64,000 bases of DNA from Candidatus Latescibacterota bacterium. GTDB lineage: Bacteria > Latescibacterota > UBA2968 > UBA8231. A program made the position numbers and the translations under genes. Below are positions 49,791 to 59,779 of the stretch, one piece after another. The stretch lies in the NCBI GenBank assembly GCA_965223905.1, contig CBDCXV010000011.1, positions 1,696,001 through 1,760,000 on the forward strand. The letters run 5' to 3'. Numbering within the stretch: position 1 is the first letter of the stretch; each line of letters opens with the position of its first letter. The notes under the pieces were generated by a model, which was given only the letters and a program-made list of their open reading frames with translations, had not been told where the DNA came from and did not search any database.

Positions 49791-50669
49791 CTAGCGGAAC
49801 CGGGACTTCAAGCGGCCCCAGGTCTTGCTCTCCACCGCCGTGGCCATGGCGCTGGTGACATCGGTGTCCAGCTCCCAGTCAGGAGCCGTATTGCTGTGGG
49901 CAGCTCCTACTCCGAGGGACCACCAGCCGTCGTTCTTCCACCGGCCATTGGGGTACTGCTCGGCTCGGTCGCTCAATTCGGCGTCGTCGTCCGTCATGAT
50001 CATCTCCCAATGGATGGTCTCGCCCGGATCGAGCGTGGACTGGACAGAGCCGTTGTCGTTTCCGTCGCCATCCAGCGCCAATACGTCAAAAGGAGCGAAT
50101 TCCACTTCGTAGTAATAAGTGCTCTCGCCGAACTCCTCGCCCTCGAAAGTGACGGCGTAATTCAAGTACTCCGGATCATGATGGAACCCGGGTTGGGGTC
50201 CGCCGCCAGCATGGGACACACCATTCACTGGAGGCCACGTGATATTCCACCAGCCGAAACCGTAGTCCCCGCCAGTGTCGACACTGTGATCGGCGTCCGT
50301 GAAGAACTCGTAGCTGTCGTCATTGCAGGCGCAGTCCGTGCCGTCGGGGTCATCTCTCACGTGAATGTCGTCGAACGCCCAGGCGGCCGCGTACAACTTA
50401 TCGTTGCTGGCGTTGTAGCCCCCCCAATAACCAAAGTCCAGGTCCGCCTTGTCGATTTCAGTGTTCCAGTCGGCTGGGGGCCCATTACCATCCTCGATCA
50501 GAACCTGGAAATAATCGGGAAGCGCTTGCCACTCGCCTATGTCCCCATCGATCGTGGGCAACCCATCGTCGGGAAACTGAACGGCCAGAAACGGGCCGGA
50601 GCCTTGGTGTGCAGACGCCGGTATGGCCATTATGGCCACGGCCAGCGGCAGCAAAAGCAGCTTTCGCAT
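49791..50669 (-). CDS. Operon B leader: secreted acidic CBM9/DOMON-like protein with TAVESKTWGRLK tail
   Basis: RBS aggagg, signal peptide, PTIDGDIGEW, DDSYEFFTDADHS, C-terminal motif. Confidence 0.82.
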   Translation of the reverse strand: MRKLLLLPLAVAIMAIPASAHQGSGPFLAVQFPDDGLPTIDGDIGEWQALPDYFQVLIEDGNGPPADWNTEIDKADLDFGYWGGYNASNDKLYAAAWAFDDIHVRDDPDGTDCACNDDSYEFFTDADHSVDTGGDYGFGWWNITWPPVNGVSHAGGGPQPGFHHDPEYLNYAVTFEGEEFGESTYYYEVEFAPFDVLALDGDGNDNGSVQSTLDPGETIHWEMIMTDDDAELSDRAEQYPNGRWKNDGWWSLGVGAAHSNTAPDWELDTDVTSAMATAVESKTWGRLKSRFR

Positions 50670-50741
50670 GGTTCCAATCCTCCTGAGAGAGAGTATCTGT
50701 TGCTGCACTTAAGTGCACCTGCATTCTGCAGGGAGGCATAT

Positions 50742-50769
50742 ATCATAAAAAAAATCAAGCTTGTGTCAA
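50742..50769 (-). promoter_or_regulatory. Sigma70 promoter of operon B
   Basis: TTGACA-N16-TATGAT on the minus strand, with a T8 run spanning the spacer and the start of the -10 box. Confidence 0.7.
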
Positions 50770-50888
50770 GAACAATTTTCATACAGGGATATTGCCTTAA
50801 CATATTATTTTACAATGAGATATGGCGAAATAGGGCATTTATCACAGCTCGTTCTCGAACCGCTCTCGCGCGAGGGGGGGGGGATTCG

Positions 50889-50917
50889 TTGACAGTTTCC
50901 ACCAATCCGGGTACCCT
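50889..50917 (+). promoter_or_regulatory. Divergent sigma70 promoter
   Basis: TTGACA-N17-TACCCT, preceded by a G10 tract. Confidence 0.55.
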
Positions 50918-50958
50918 CAACGCCCTTCCGCGGCCATCCTTCCTGCCCGAGGCCCGTC

Positions 50959-52908
50959 CTGAACACGAAAACCCCCTCCCTCAAACCTACCTGTCGCGCA
51001 CTGATCCTCGGCGCCCTGGGAGCGGCCGCCATCGGCAGCGCGGTGCCCTACTGCAACATGGTCCTCCACGGCTCCCGCATCGCCTCCTATTTCAACACCC
51101 CCGCCGCCATCATCCTCTTTTTCTTCCTGGTCCTGTTCTTCAACCCTCTCCTGGGCCTGCTGCGCCGCTCCTGGATGCTGAGCCGAGCCGAGCTGGCCCT
51201 CGTCTACATCATGTGGATCGTCGCCACCGCCATTCCCGAATGGGGATTCACCTCCTTCCTGCTCCCCGACATCACCGGCGTCGTCTACTACGCATCGCCC
51301 GAAAACGAGTGGAGCAAGCTGCTGTTGCCGCACATACCGCAGTGGATCATGCCGTTCCGGGAATTCAACGAGGTACAGGATTTCTACGAGGGCGCGCCCC
51401 TGGGACAGGGTATTCCGTGGGGGATGTGGTGGCCGCCATTGCTCTACTGGCTCTCCTTCATCACCGCCGTGTACCTGGCCATGATCTCGATCACCGTCAT
51501 CCTGCGCAGGCAGTGGGTCGAGCGCGAGCGCCTCGTCTATCCCCTGGTGCAGTTGCCCATCGCCATGATTCAGGACGACGACGAGCGGCCAGGCATCATC
51601 AGGCCGTTCTTCAAAAGCCCGGTAATGTGGGTCGGCTTCGCCGTTCCCGCCGTCCTGCAGAGCCTCAACGGCCTGCATCACTACTTTCCCCACATCCCGG
51701 GAGTCTCTCTGTACGGCATCTCGATTCCCCTCTTCCGCGACTCGGTGCACGTGCCCCTGAACGTGAGTTTCCAGATGCTCGGCTTCTCCTACTTCATCAA
51801 CAGGGAGATAGCCTTCGGCCTCTGTTTCTTCTACCTGCTCAACACCGTCGAGCAGGGCGTCCTCAACGTGCTCGGCGTTCAGGAATTCGATCCGCTCCTG
51901 GGCAACTACAGCGCCTACACGGGCAGCATCGTCGTGCACCAGGGCTTCGGCGCCGTCATCATGCTCGTCCTGTTCGGCCTGTGGACGGGCCGCGGCCACC
52001 TGCGCCAGGTTTTCGGCAAGGCCCTTTCTTCCGCAAGCGAGGTCGACGACTCGGGCGAGATCCTCTCCTACCGGGCAGCCGTACTCCTGCTGATCGGCAG
52101 CCTGCTCTTCGTCGGCGTCTGGTTGTGGCAGTCGGGGCTGCCGGGCTGGGTTACGCCGATCTACCTGTTTTTCGCCTTCGTCCTCTTCATCGGCATCACC
52201 CGCGTGGTCGCCGAAGGCGGGCTGGCCTTCATCTTCGCCCCGATGATCGCCTCCGATTTCGTCACGGGCGGCTTCGGCACGCGCGTCCTGGGTGCCCCCG
52301 GCATCATGGCCTTCGCCTTCACCTACATCTGGGCCAGCGATATTCTGACCTTCGTGATGGCCTCCTCTGCCAATGCCCTGAAACTTGCGGCGGAAACCAT
52401 ACGCAAGGGCATGCGCCTGATCTTCTGGGCAATGCTGGTGGCGATCGTGGTGACCCTTTGCAGCTCGGTCTGGGCGATACTGGAGTTGAGCTACCGCTAC
52501 GGCGGCGTCAACGCGGACGTGTTTTTCCGGGGGTCGGCCCAACTCCCCTTCCAGATCGCCGCGGCCAGGCTCGAGACCATCCAAGGTCCTCACTGGCAGA
52601 ACTGGGGCTACACCGCCATCGGCGCCGCCGTCATGGGCCTGCTGATGCTGGGCCGCCAGCGCTTTTCCTGGTGGCCCATCCACCCGTTGGGCTTTCCCAC
52701 CAGCGCCGTTTTCGGCATGATGTTCTTCAGCGTCTTCCTGGCATGGGTCATCAAGTCCGTGGTGATGAAATACGGTGGAATCCAACTCTACCTGCGCAGC
52801 CGCCCCTTCTTCATGGGGTTGATCCTGGGCCAGTTCGTCACCGCCGGCATCTGGTACGGGATCGACTACCTGGTGGGAGGAAGCTTCAACCCGGTGATGA
52901 TGTTTTGA
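50959..52908 (+). CDS. DUF6785-like polytopic membrane protein (OPT-like putative transporter)
   Basis: Many TM helices, LSRAELALVY, LRRQWVERERLVYPLVQLP, WWPIHPLG, RPFFMGLILG. The frame is open upstream of 51043 to a CTG at 50959. Confidence 0.8.
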   Translation: MNTKTPSLKPTCRALILGALGAAAIGSAVPYCNMVLHGSRIASYFNTPAAIILFFFLVLFFNPLLGLLRRSWMLSRAELALVYIMWIVATAIPEWGFTSFLLPDITGVVYYASPENEWSKLLLPHIPQWIMPFREFNEVQDFYEGAPLGQGIPWGMWWPPLLYWLSFITAVYLAMISITVILRRQWVERERLVYPLVQLPIAMIQDDDERPGIIRPFFKSPVMWVGFAVPAVLQSLNGLHHYFPHIPGVSLYGISIPLFRDSVHVPLNVSFQMLGFSYFINREIAFGLCFFYLLNTVEQGVLNVLGVQEFDPLLGNYSAYTGSIVVHQGFGAVIMLVLFGLWTGRGHLRQVFGKALSSASEVDDSGEILSYRAAVLLLIGSLLFVGVWLWQSGLPGWVTPIYLFFAFVLFIGITRVVAEGGLAFIFAPMIASDFVTGGFGTRVLGAPGIMAFAFTYIWASDILTFVMASSANALKLAAETIRKGMRLIFWAMLVAIVVTLCSSVWAILELSYRYGGVNADVFFRGSAQLPFQIAAARLETIQGPHWQNWGYTAIGAAVMGLLMLGRQRFSWWPIHPLGFPTSAVFGMMFFSVFLAWVIKSVVMKYGGIQLYLRSRPFFMGLILGQFVTAGIWYGIDYLVGGSFNPVMMF

Positions 52909-52974
52909 CAGCTTTTCCCGAACCGAATGATTTGTCGCTTAACCGGATCATTTCTCGCTTCCGAGGTTAGAAGA

Positions 52975-54621
52975 ATGACGAGTTCCGAAGGTTTGAAACC
53001 GCGCGGCAGCCGCCGCATCCTGTACGTCAGCGATCCTTCCAGCGTCGCCTCCCGTTACCTCCCGGATCCGGTTCGGGAAGAGGATCTGAGAGGCTGGATC
53101 GACGCCGTCGCTGCCGCCGAAATCGATACGTTCGTCCAGGAGGTGTATACCCAGGGATGGTCCGTGTACTGGCGAGGAGACGATTTCGAGTACGACGCGC
53201 GGCCTCAACACCGGCGATTCCTGCCCTTGCTCGACTCCGGCGTGCAGCCCTTCGAGGTCCTCGTCGACCAATGCCATCGCCGCGGCATCGAGTGTTTTGC
53301 CGGTTTTCGCGTCAACGACAACCACGGCGCCGTCTCCACCGCCCAGGGGGTCGGGGCCGGGGCCGGATTCATCGTCGACAACCCCCGGTTCCTGATCGCG
53401 GAGTGTCCGCCGGAGGGTGAGCATTATCACGAAAGCACGCCCCTGGACTTCACCCACGACGAGGTACGTGACTTCATCGTCTCGGTGGTGACCGATGTGG
53501 CGCGGCGCTTCGCCGTCGACGGGGTCGAGCTGTGCTACCGCGACCACCGCTACTTTCCACCGGACCCCGGGAACGACCGCCGCGATCTGATGACCAGCAT
53601 GCTGGGGCGGATCCGCGCCGTCCTCGACGAACCTTCCCGGCACTCGGGCAAGCCGAGGGTGTTCGGGGCGCGCGTGTTTTCCTCGCTGGAGGAATGCCGC
53701 AACATGGGCCTCGACGTCGAGGAGTGGATTCGCGGCGCCACGGTCGATTACATCGCGCCGGCCGATATCATGCACGCCGATTTCAACGTCGCCTACGAGG
53801 AGTTCGCCGAGCTCACCCGGTCATCCGACTGCATGCTCTACCCCGGAATAATGCCCTGGACCAGCGTCGGGGCCCGCCGCCGCCTGAAACAGGAGCCGAT
53901 TTCCCACGATACCCGGCGCGCGCTGGCCCGGAACATGTACGGCGCCGGGGCGGACGGCATCTCTTTGTACAACCACTTCGAGTGCATGCATGGAGGGTAC
54001 GACTGGGGTGAGGCACACGCTCCCTTCTACCCCTTTGCCCTGTTCGATGCCTGCGACCTGAAGCCGGAACGGGTCCTTCAGGGTCGCCGGCACTACATAT
54101 TCGACGCCACCTGGGGAGGGTACATGGGATTCGGGCGGGACCGCACCTCCACTGGTGCCGTCAAGGCGCAGCGAGTCGTTCTCCACCGGACTTCGCTTCC
54201 GTCATCCGGGACCTATCGCTTTGCAGTTCGTGAGCACCTGAACGAGGCCAAGGCCGCCATGCTGCTCTTCCGCTGCGCCCACATGACGCTCCGCGATCAC
54301 CTGAAAGTTGCCGTCAACGGCACCGCGATTCCCCCCGCCGACCTGCGGATTCGCGACAACGAAGTGCGCGTCGATTTTCGCGGGCCCCTCGACGAAGAAA
54401 AGGTCGCGGCACAAATGCGTGAGGGGTATTCGCGGGAAGTGGCCGAGAGCCTTCAGCCCGCCCCCGATCCTCCGTTTGCGACCTGCTGGATGGCGCTTAG
54501 CGCTCCCCCGGCGGTCTGGGGCTGGAACGAGCTGCTGGTCGAGCTGGTCGCCGCCGACCCGGAGGCAGATGGAGACATCGTCATCGAGGAAGTGGAAGTC
54601 TTCGTGGTACCGAAGGCGTGA
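52975..54621 (+). CDS. Glycoside hydrolase-like 10 (DUF187-type) TIM-barrel protein
   Basis: VDQCHRRGIE..AGFRVNDNH, LDFTHDEVRD, DGVELCY, GLDVEEWI, GADGISLYN. Confidence 0.75.
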   Translation: MTSSEGLKPRGSRRILYVSDPSSVASRYLPDPVREEDLRGWIDAVAAAEIDTFVQEVYTQGWSVYWRGDDFEYDARPQHRRFLPLLDSGVQPFEVLVDQCHRRGIECFAGFRVNDNHGAVSTAQGVGAGAGFIVDNPRFLIAECPPEGEHYHESTPLDFTHDEVRDFIVSVVTDVARRFAVDGVELCYRDHRYFPPDPGNDRRDLMTSMLGRIRAVLDEPSRHSGKPRVFGARVFSSLEECRNMGLDVEEWIRGATVDYIAPADIMHADFNVAYEEFAELTRSSDCMLYPGIMPWTSVGARRRLKQEPISHDTRRALARNMYGAGADGISLYNHFECMHGGYDWGEAHAPFYPFALFDACDLKPERVLQGRRHYIFDATWGGYMGFGRDRTSTGAVKAQRVVLHRTSLPSSGTYRFAVREHLNEAKAAMLLFRCAHMTLRDHLKVAVNGTAIPPADLRIRDNEVRVDFRGPLDEEKVAAQMREGYSREVAESLQPAPDPPFATCWMALSAPPAVWGWNELLVELVAADPEADGDIVIEEVEVFVVPKA

Positions 54622-54808
54622 GCGGGTACCGGCGAGCCTGCGTCCCGGACTGCCGAGGCATGTCGGTGTCGCGGCATGAAACTTGGCTCTGCCCCAAGCA
54701 GGCCGGTCCGGGGAAAGGGGACGCCGCCAACGATTTCGTCTATCGGGTGAGTATCGGACACGTCAGTATGGCCAATCAGCAGTTCTCGCAATCCTGGAGC
54801 AGGAGGTC

Positions 54809-56131
54809 ATGGATATGGTGCTCATGCGGGCGGGGCTTGTCGTGGTATTGAGCGTTTCCGCGTGGGGAAAACCACCCCCACCGGTCGAGCGGGTCGAAAT
54901 CCGCGACGAAGGGCTCTACGTGAATGGGGCGCCTTTCTTCCCGGTCGGCATCGCCTGGGCGGCGCACTGGCATTTCTCTCTGCCCGAGGCGGGAGAAAAA
55001 GGCTTCAACATGGTAAACACCCACGGGCACCGAACCGACCCGGGAAGCTTTCGCGCCGATGTCGACGACGCCTACGCCAACGGCATGTACGCGGCGGTTC
55101 ATCTGGGCAACGGCATCTGCCGCAACCTCGAGCAGGTCGAACAGATAGTTCGGGCGGTTCGCGATGCCCCCGGCCTGCTGGTGTGGGATCTGGAAGACGA
55201 GCCGAATATCCGCAACCCCGGACCAGATGACGAAGGCAAGCCGCATCTCGATCTGCCTTACACGATGCCGCCGGAGGAGCTTCTGCCGGCATACGAGTTG
55301 ATCAAGAGGCTGGATCCCGACCACCCGGTGTGGCTCAACCTGGCCTACGGCTACGAGAAGGACCACCGCGAATACCGGCATGTGGCCGACATCCACTCCG
55401 ACGACGTCTATCCCGTTCCGCTGTTTCCGCTGACCCACATGGCCCAATTCTCCGACGCCGTCGTCAAGGGTGCCGGTGCGGGTACAGAAGGCAAGCTGGG
55501 ATGGATGTACGTGCAGATGGCGCCGATCCAGGGGGGAGAAGGGGATCGGCCCCCGACCATGACGGAGGTCCGCTGCATGACCTACATGGCCGTCGCCCAC
55601 GGCATCAGCGGCGTCGCCTACTTCAGCTTCCACTACGGGACCGGCGACGAGGAGTGGTGGGTGAACGAATCGTCCCCGGGCTACTGGGCGCAGTGGGCGG
55701 ACCTGACGGCGGAGTTGCGCACCCTGGCCCCCTACCTGGTGACGCCGGAGGCGAGTGAGCCATTCGAGGTCGAAATCATCGAGGGCCCCGGCGACGCCGA
55801 CGAGATCAAAACCGACATGCATGCGGAGGAACTGGCTTACAGGGCCCTGCACCTGTCCCTGCGGCAAACCCCCGGCGGTTACTTCCTGATCGCCGTCAAC
55901 GGCCTCGACGAGCCGGTTCGGGCCCGCTTCACACTGCCGGTAGCGGACGCCGGACTGGCGCCGCGCGCCTCCGTGCGCTTCGAAAACCGGCTGGTCGATG
56001 TCGCAGGAGGGGTGTTCGAAGATTCATTCGCGGGGTATGCCGTGCACCTGTACGAAATTCCCTTCGAGACGGAGATCGATCGCGAAAACGTGCGCTGGCC
56101 GCGGTGGCAGCGCCGGGAGAGCGGGTATTGA
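54809..56131 (+). CDS. Secreted glycoside hydrolase-like (GH-A clan-like) protein
   Basis: RBS aggagg, signal peptide, VNGAPFFPVG, GFNMV, WDLEDEP, DIHSDDVYP, R.MTYMAVAHG..G. Confidence 0.7.
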   Translation: MDMVLMRAGLVVVLSVSAWGKPPPPVERVEIRDEGLYVNGAPFFPVGIAWAAHWHFSLPEAGEKGFNMVNTHGHRTDPGSFRADVDDAYANGMYAAVHLGNGICRNLEQVEQIVRAVRDAPGLLVWDLEDEPNIRNPGPDDEGKPHLDLPYTMPPEELLPAYELIKRLDPDHPVWLNLAYGYEKDHREYRHVADIHSDDVYPVPLFPLTHMAQFSDAVVKGAGAGTEGKLGWMYVQMAPIQGGEGDRPPTMTEVRCMTYMAVAHGISGVAYFSFHYGTGDEEWWVNESSPGYWAQWADLTAELRTLAPYLVTPEASEPFEVEIIEGPGDADEIKTDMHAEELAYRALHLSLRQTPGGYFLIAVNGLDEPVRARFTLPVADAGLAPRASVRFENRLVDVAGGVFEDSFAGYAVHLYEIPFETEIDRENVRWPRWQRRESGY

Positions 56132-56330
56132 CGCCCGCTAATCCTCGACGCGTTCTCTCGGCCACGGTTGCCCCCGGCAGAACCTCGCCCAGACGGAGAA
56201 CCCCCTGCCCCTGAACCGGGTCGTGCAGCGAGTCGGCATGGTTCTTTCGCCGGATCACCGGCATGCTCCGACAGCGGGGGAGGGTCGTTTCATCCCCCGC
56301 TTTTGCGGTTCGATCCCATGAGGAGTCGTC

Positions 56331-57035
56331 ATGAGACCGCTTGACTACGGCCATTCGTTCCTGCTCGGCAAGGGACCGGACAACGAAGTACGCATGTGGG
56401 TGGAATCCCGCACGCGGATAACGGACGAGAGCACAGGCGTGAGCGAAGACTACGTCCAGACCGGCTCCTGCAAGAGCGAAGAGGTCTTTGTCGAACGGAA
56501 TCTTTTCAAGGAGCCAAACTACGATTTCATGGCGATCTACGGACCGGATCAATCCATCGTCTTCCGGCGCCTGGCACACGCGCACGAGCACTACAAAAGC
56601 TGCGTGCCGTCGCGCGACTTCTTCGGTGGACAGAAATACCTCCTGGTCGCAGGCGGCGAAGTGGTCGAGCTCGAGGATGGCCGGGCGATCTGCGCCGCAA
56701 CCTACGCTGGCGATCCGCTCGTTGCCCAGACGGAGGTCTGGAACGACGAGACCGGGCTTCGGGCAGTCATCGAGTACCCGGTCAAGTCGATGAACACCAA
56801 CCGCGAGCAGAGCGCTTACCAGGTGGATACCGGACCTGTTGCATTTCCCGACCTGAGTGCACGGCGCCAACGGCATGCCGACGGGATCTCACTGGCCTTC
56901 GTCGCCTTCAATGCCCCGCACTTCGCCGAGTTCGTCCTCGAGGTGCCGACGGAGGTGGGAAGCGAGGAGGTTCATCACTATTCGCAGGTGCTCCGCCTGC
57001 CGGCGAACAACCGGCTCTATTCGGTGTCCGGATGA
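56331..57035 (+). CDS. Conserved hypothetical protein
   Basis: RBS gaggag, consistent codon usage, SCKSE motif. Function unknown. Confidence 0.7.
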   Translation: MRPLDYGHSFLLGKGPDNEVRMWVESRTRITDESTGVSEDYVQTGSCKSEEVFVERNLFKEPNYDFMAIYGPDQSIVFRRLAHAHEHYKSCVPSRDFFGGQKYLLVAGGEVVELEDGRAICAATYAGDPLVAQTEVWNDETGLRAVIEYPVKSMNTNREQSAYQVDTGPVAFPDLSARRQRHADGISLAFVAFNAPHFAEFVLEVPTEVGSEEVHHYSQVLRLPANNRLYSVSG

Positions 57036-57211
57036 ACTCTCGAACCATCCCCCGGAGACTCCGGATGAACCGGCCCGGTTGAACACGGATCGGCCTTCCC
57101 CCCTCCGATCTGCCATTCGCCAACACATCATCGCCTTGGGTACGGTCATCGGCGGCAAGGTGGCCTCGCCGAACGGGGTTTGCCGGTGGGTGGCGCTCGC
57201 CTTCCGATGCG

Positions 57212-59779
57212 TCAGCGAACGAGCGCTTCTCTCGACGTCAGCAGCTCCTCCGGATGGCGGGCGAGATAGGGAGGAACCCCCCGCAGTTGGATGGTGGCGC
57301 GGGGACTGCGGCTGATGGTGAAGGCCCAGATCCCGTGGTCGGCTCCTGCCGGCACCGTTACCGGGACATCCACGGGCAGGGAAAGGTCCGAGCCGGTTAC
57401 CAGCCTGAGGTGTTCGGAAACGAGCCTGCCGTCCGGTCCGAAAAAGCGAACGTCGCTTTCGTGGCTGGTGGAAGCGTGGACCCGAAGCACGAACATTTCG
57501 GTGTCTTCCGGCACGAAGAAGAACAGCGGTTCGACCTCGGGGGGAGTCCCCGGGTACAGGGTCGTGAATTCGCTCCGAGGGGACGCCTCCACCACCAGGT
57601 GCCGCCGGCCGAATCCGAGCCGGCCGGCCCTCTTGTAGCCGGCGCCCGGGTCGAGGAGGTAGAGACCCTTGCGCGGAATCCGCAGCCTGACTTCCGCGCT
57701 CTCATTCTGCTGTTCGCGGACGTCGCCTTCCTCCACAACTTCGCCGGTTTCCGCGTTCCTGAGCCTCCAATGACCATCGAGGGTGTGATCCGGGAAGACG
57801 ATGAAGGGAAGCGCCAGCGATTCGCCGGCCCCGGCGGCGAAGTAGTGGAGGGCCTTCTCGAAAAAGAACCGCGACTCCGCGCGGCCTTCCAGCAGTTGCA
57901 GCAACGGCTCTGACGGCTGACTCGCGACCGGAACGAGGTCTCGCGACCACTGCACCCGCAGCTCCTCCGGCACTTCCCGGCCGCCGTAGATCTTCAGCCC
58001 CTCGTCGAAGAGCCGGACGACCTCCGCATGTGCGGGGATGTCGGTCCTCTCCGTTTTCCAGCTTTCCACCATCTCGTCGGTCACGCCCTCCAACCCGGTG
58101 ACCTTCTCGTATCCATGGGCGCCGCGGACCCTCTTGTAGTAATCCCAGCCGAGGACGATCGCCTGGGAGTGGATGAGGCCCGTGTCCATGATCCTCCGCG
58201 AGTACCGGATAAGCTCCCGGCCCAGCGGCAGGATCGCCTCCGGATCCCGCGCCATCGCGAACTCGTGCCTGAGACGCAGCCAGTGCAGGTACATCATCAG
58301 GTGATCCAGGCGCCCCTCGACACCGGGGTCTTCGGCCAGCTTGCGCGCCGCATCCAGATCCCGGTACGCCAGCACCAGCGTTCTCTCGCTCATCTCGTTG
58401 CTGTCCTGCCAGCGTTCGTAGAACCGCCGCACCGGCGCCGCGGCCTCGGCGAAGGCCGCGGCGTAGAAGTCGTCGACGATGGCGTCGACGTCGCCCTCGA
58501 CGTTCCACGTCAACTGTGCCGTCAGGTAATAGCCGAGACCGTTGGGGCCCCAGTTGCAGCCCGACTGCCCGTCCAGGGTAGTGGCGCCGAGGCTGTAGTA
58601 GTGGGGAATGTTCCTGCGCAGGTATTCGACGTTGCCGCCCTTGGCCTTGCCCGGCATGCTGCCGTCCCATTCGTGCAGGGAGAAGTAGTCGTAGACGCCG
58701 AAGGCACCGGCCTTGTCGGACCAGGCCTCGATCTGCTCCTCCCAGGTCATCTTCGTCCGGCGCAAACCCCTGGTGAGCTGCACGTAGACATTGGGGTGCA
58801 GCGCGAAGGACGGCGGATCGGTGTGCCAGGCGTATGCCAACAGTCCCAGGTACTTGTCGGGGAATCGGGAAGCAAGGCCCTCGGCAACCGTGTTGGCAAA
58901 CAGAAAGACGCGGTCGCTGACGGTGCCGACCGCCAGGCAGCGGTCGCCTTCGCAGAACTCGCCGTTGTCGTTCGGATCGAAGGGCGCCATGTTGCGCTGC
59001 GGCTCCTCTTCAAAGGTTTTGATCACGTGCTCCGTCGCCAGCCGGATCACATCCGGATGGGTCGTGCAGGGCTGATGGCCCTGCCGCGCGCCGCCCCTGA
59101 GCGCGAAGTACTCTGGGTGCTCCTCGAGGAGGCTGCCCGGGGCGAACTGGGCCCACGCGTGGCTGCAGGCGATGCCGAACCACCCGGGCATCCGGTTGTG
59201 CCGATTCCACGCCGAATAGTCGGCGGCGAGCTTTTCGGTACGCGCGCCCCAGCCGTACCAGATGCGCCGGTAGTCGAAGTCCGGGCTCTCGGTGCGGTCG
59301 AGCTCGATCCGCACCGTTTCCCGCTCGGGGATGACCGTCCAGGCCTCGTGGGGGAAGAACCAGCGACAGCCCAACTCTCGCAGCAGCGTGAAGACCCCCA
59401 CCTGCACACCCAGGTCGCTGTTGCCGACGACGTGGAGCCGGTCGGCCGTGCTGTGCAACAGGAAGGCCTCGGGGCTCCTGCCTTTCAGCTCCCCCACCCG
59501 CGGCGTGTCGGGAAACTCTGCTGCCGTGCCGACGACGACGGCCCGTTTCTCCGGCGCTTCCGTCGTGACGGCGGGCAGATGGCCGGACATCTGCTCGATG
59601 ATCCGGGCCAGCTCTTCCGCGTTCGTCCGGGTGAGAGCTGACGCGGCCGGCGCGATGACGACAGGCGCAGCGCCCGACTCGGGATCGGCGATTGTGAAGG
59701 GTTGTGAAGCTGCCATGGCGGAGAGCGATCCCAGCAAGGTGGATCCAAGTGCTATGAGGTGTCCGGGGCTGTTGATCAT
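57212..59779 (-). CDS. Secreted DUF4838 domain protein; paralog of 30107-32719
   Basis: Signal peptide, LGCRWFFPHEAW, HPEYFAL, PNDNGEFC, colinear with the paralog. Confidence 0.88.
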   Translation of the reverse strand: MINSPGHLIALGSTLLGSLSAMAASQPFTIADPESGAAPVVIAPAASALTRTNAEELARIIEQMSGHLPAVTTEAPEKRAVVVGTAAEFPDTPRVGELKGRSPEAFLLHSTADRLHVVGNSDLGVQVGVFTLLRELGCRWFFPHEAWTVIPERETVRIELDRTESPDFDYRRIWYGWGARTEKLAADYSAWNRHNRMPGWFGIACSHAWAQFAPGSLLEEHPEYFALRGGARQGHQPCTTHPDVIRLATEHVIKTFEEEPQRNMAPFDPNDNGEFCEGDRCLAVGTVSDRVFLFANTVAEGLASRFPDKYLGLLAYAWHTDPPSFALHPNVYVQLTRGLRRTKMTWEEQIEAWSDKAGAFGVYDYFSLHEWDGSMPGKAKGGNVEYLRRNIPHYYSLGATTLDGQSGCNWGPNGLGYYLTAQLTWNVEGDVDAIVDDFYAAAFAEAAAPVRRFYERWQDSNEMSERTLVLAYRDLDAARKLAEDPGVEGRLDHLMMYLHWLRLRHEFAMARDPEAILPLGRELIRYSRRIMDTGLIHSQAIVLGWDYYKRVRGAHGYEKVTGLEGVTDEMVESWKTERTDIPAHAEVVRLFDEGLKIYGGREVPEELRVQWSRDLVPVASQPSEPLLQLLEGRAESRFFFEKALHYFAAGAGESLALPFIVFPDHTLDGHWRLRNAETGEVVEEGDVREQQNESAEVRLRIPRKGLYLLDPGAGYKRAGRLGFGRRHLVVEASPRSEFTTLYPGTPPEVEPLFFFVPEDTEMFVLRVHASTSHESDVRFFGPDGRLVSEHLRLVTGSDLSLPVDVPVTVPAGADHGIWAFTISRSPRATIQLRGVPPYLARHPEELLTSREALVR

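Noticed and set aside
49755-52970. 1071-aa plus-strand ORF
   Set aside because: Shadow frame: antisense to 49791-50669 and out of frame with the DUF6785-like gene, with Arg/Pro-rich composition.
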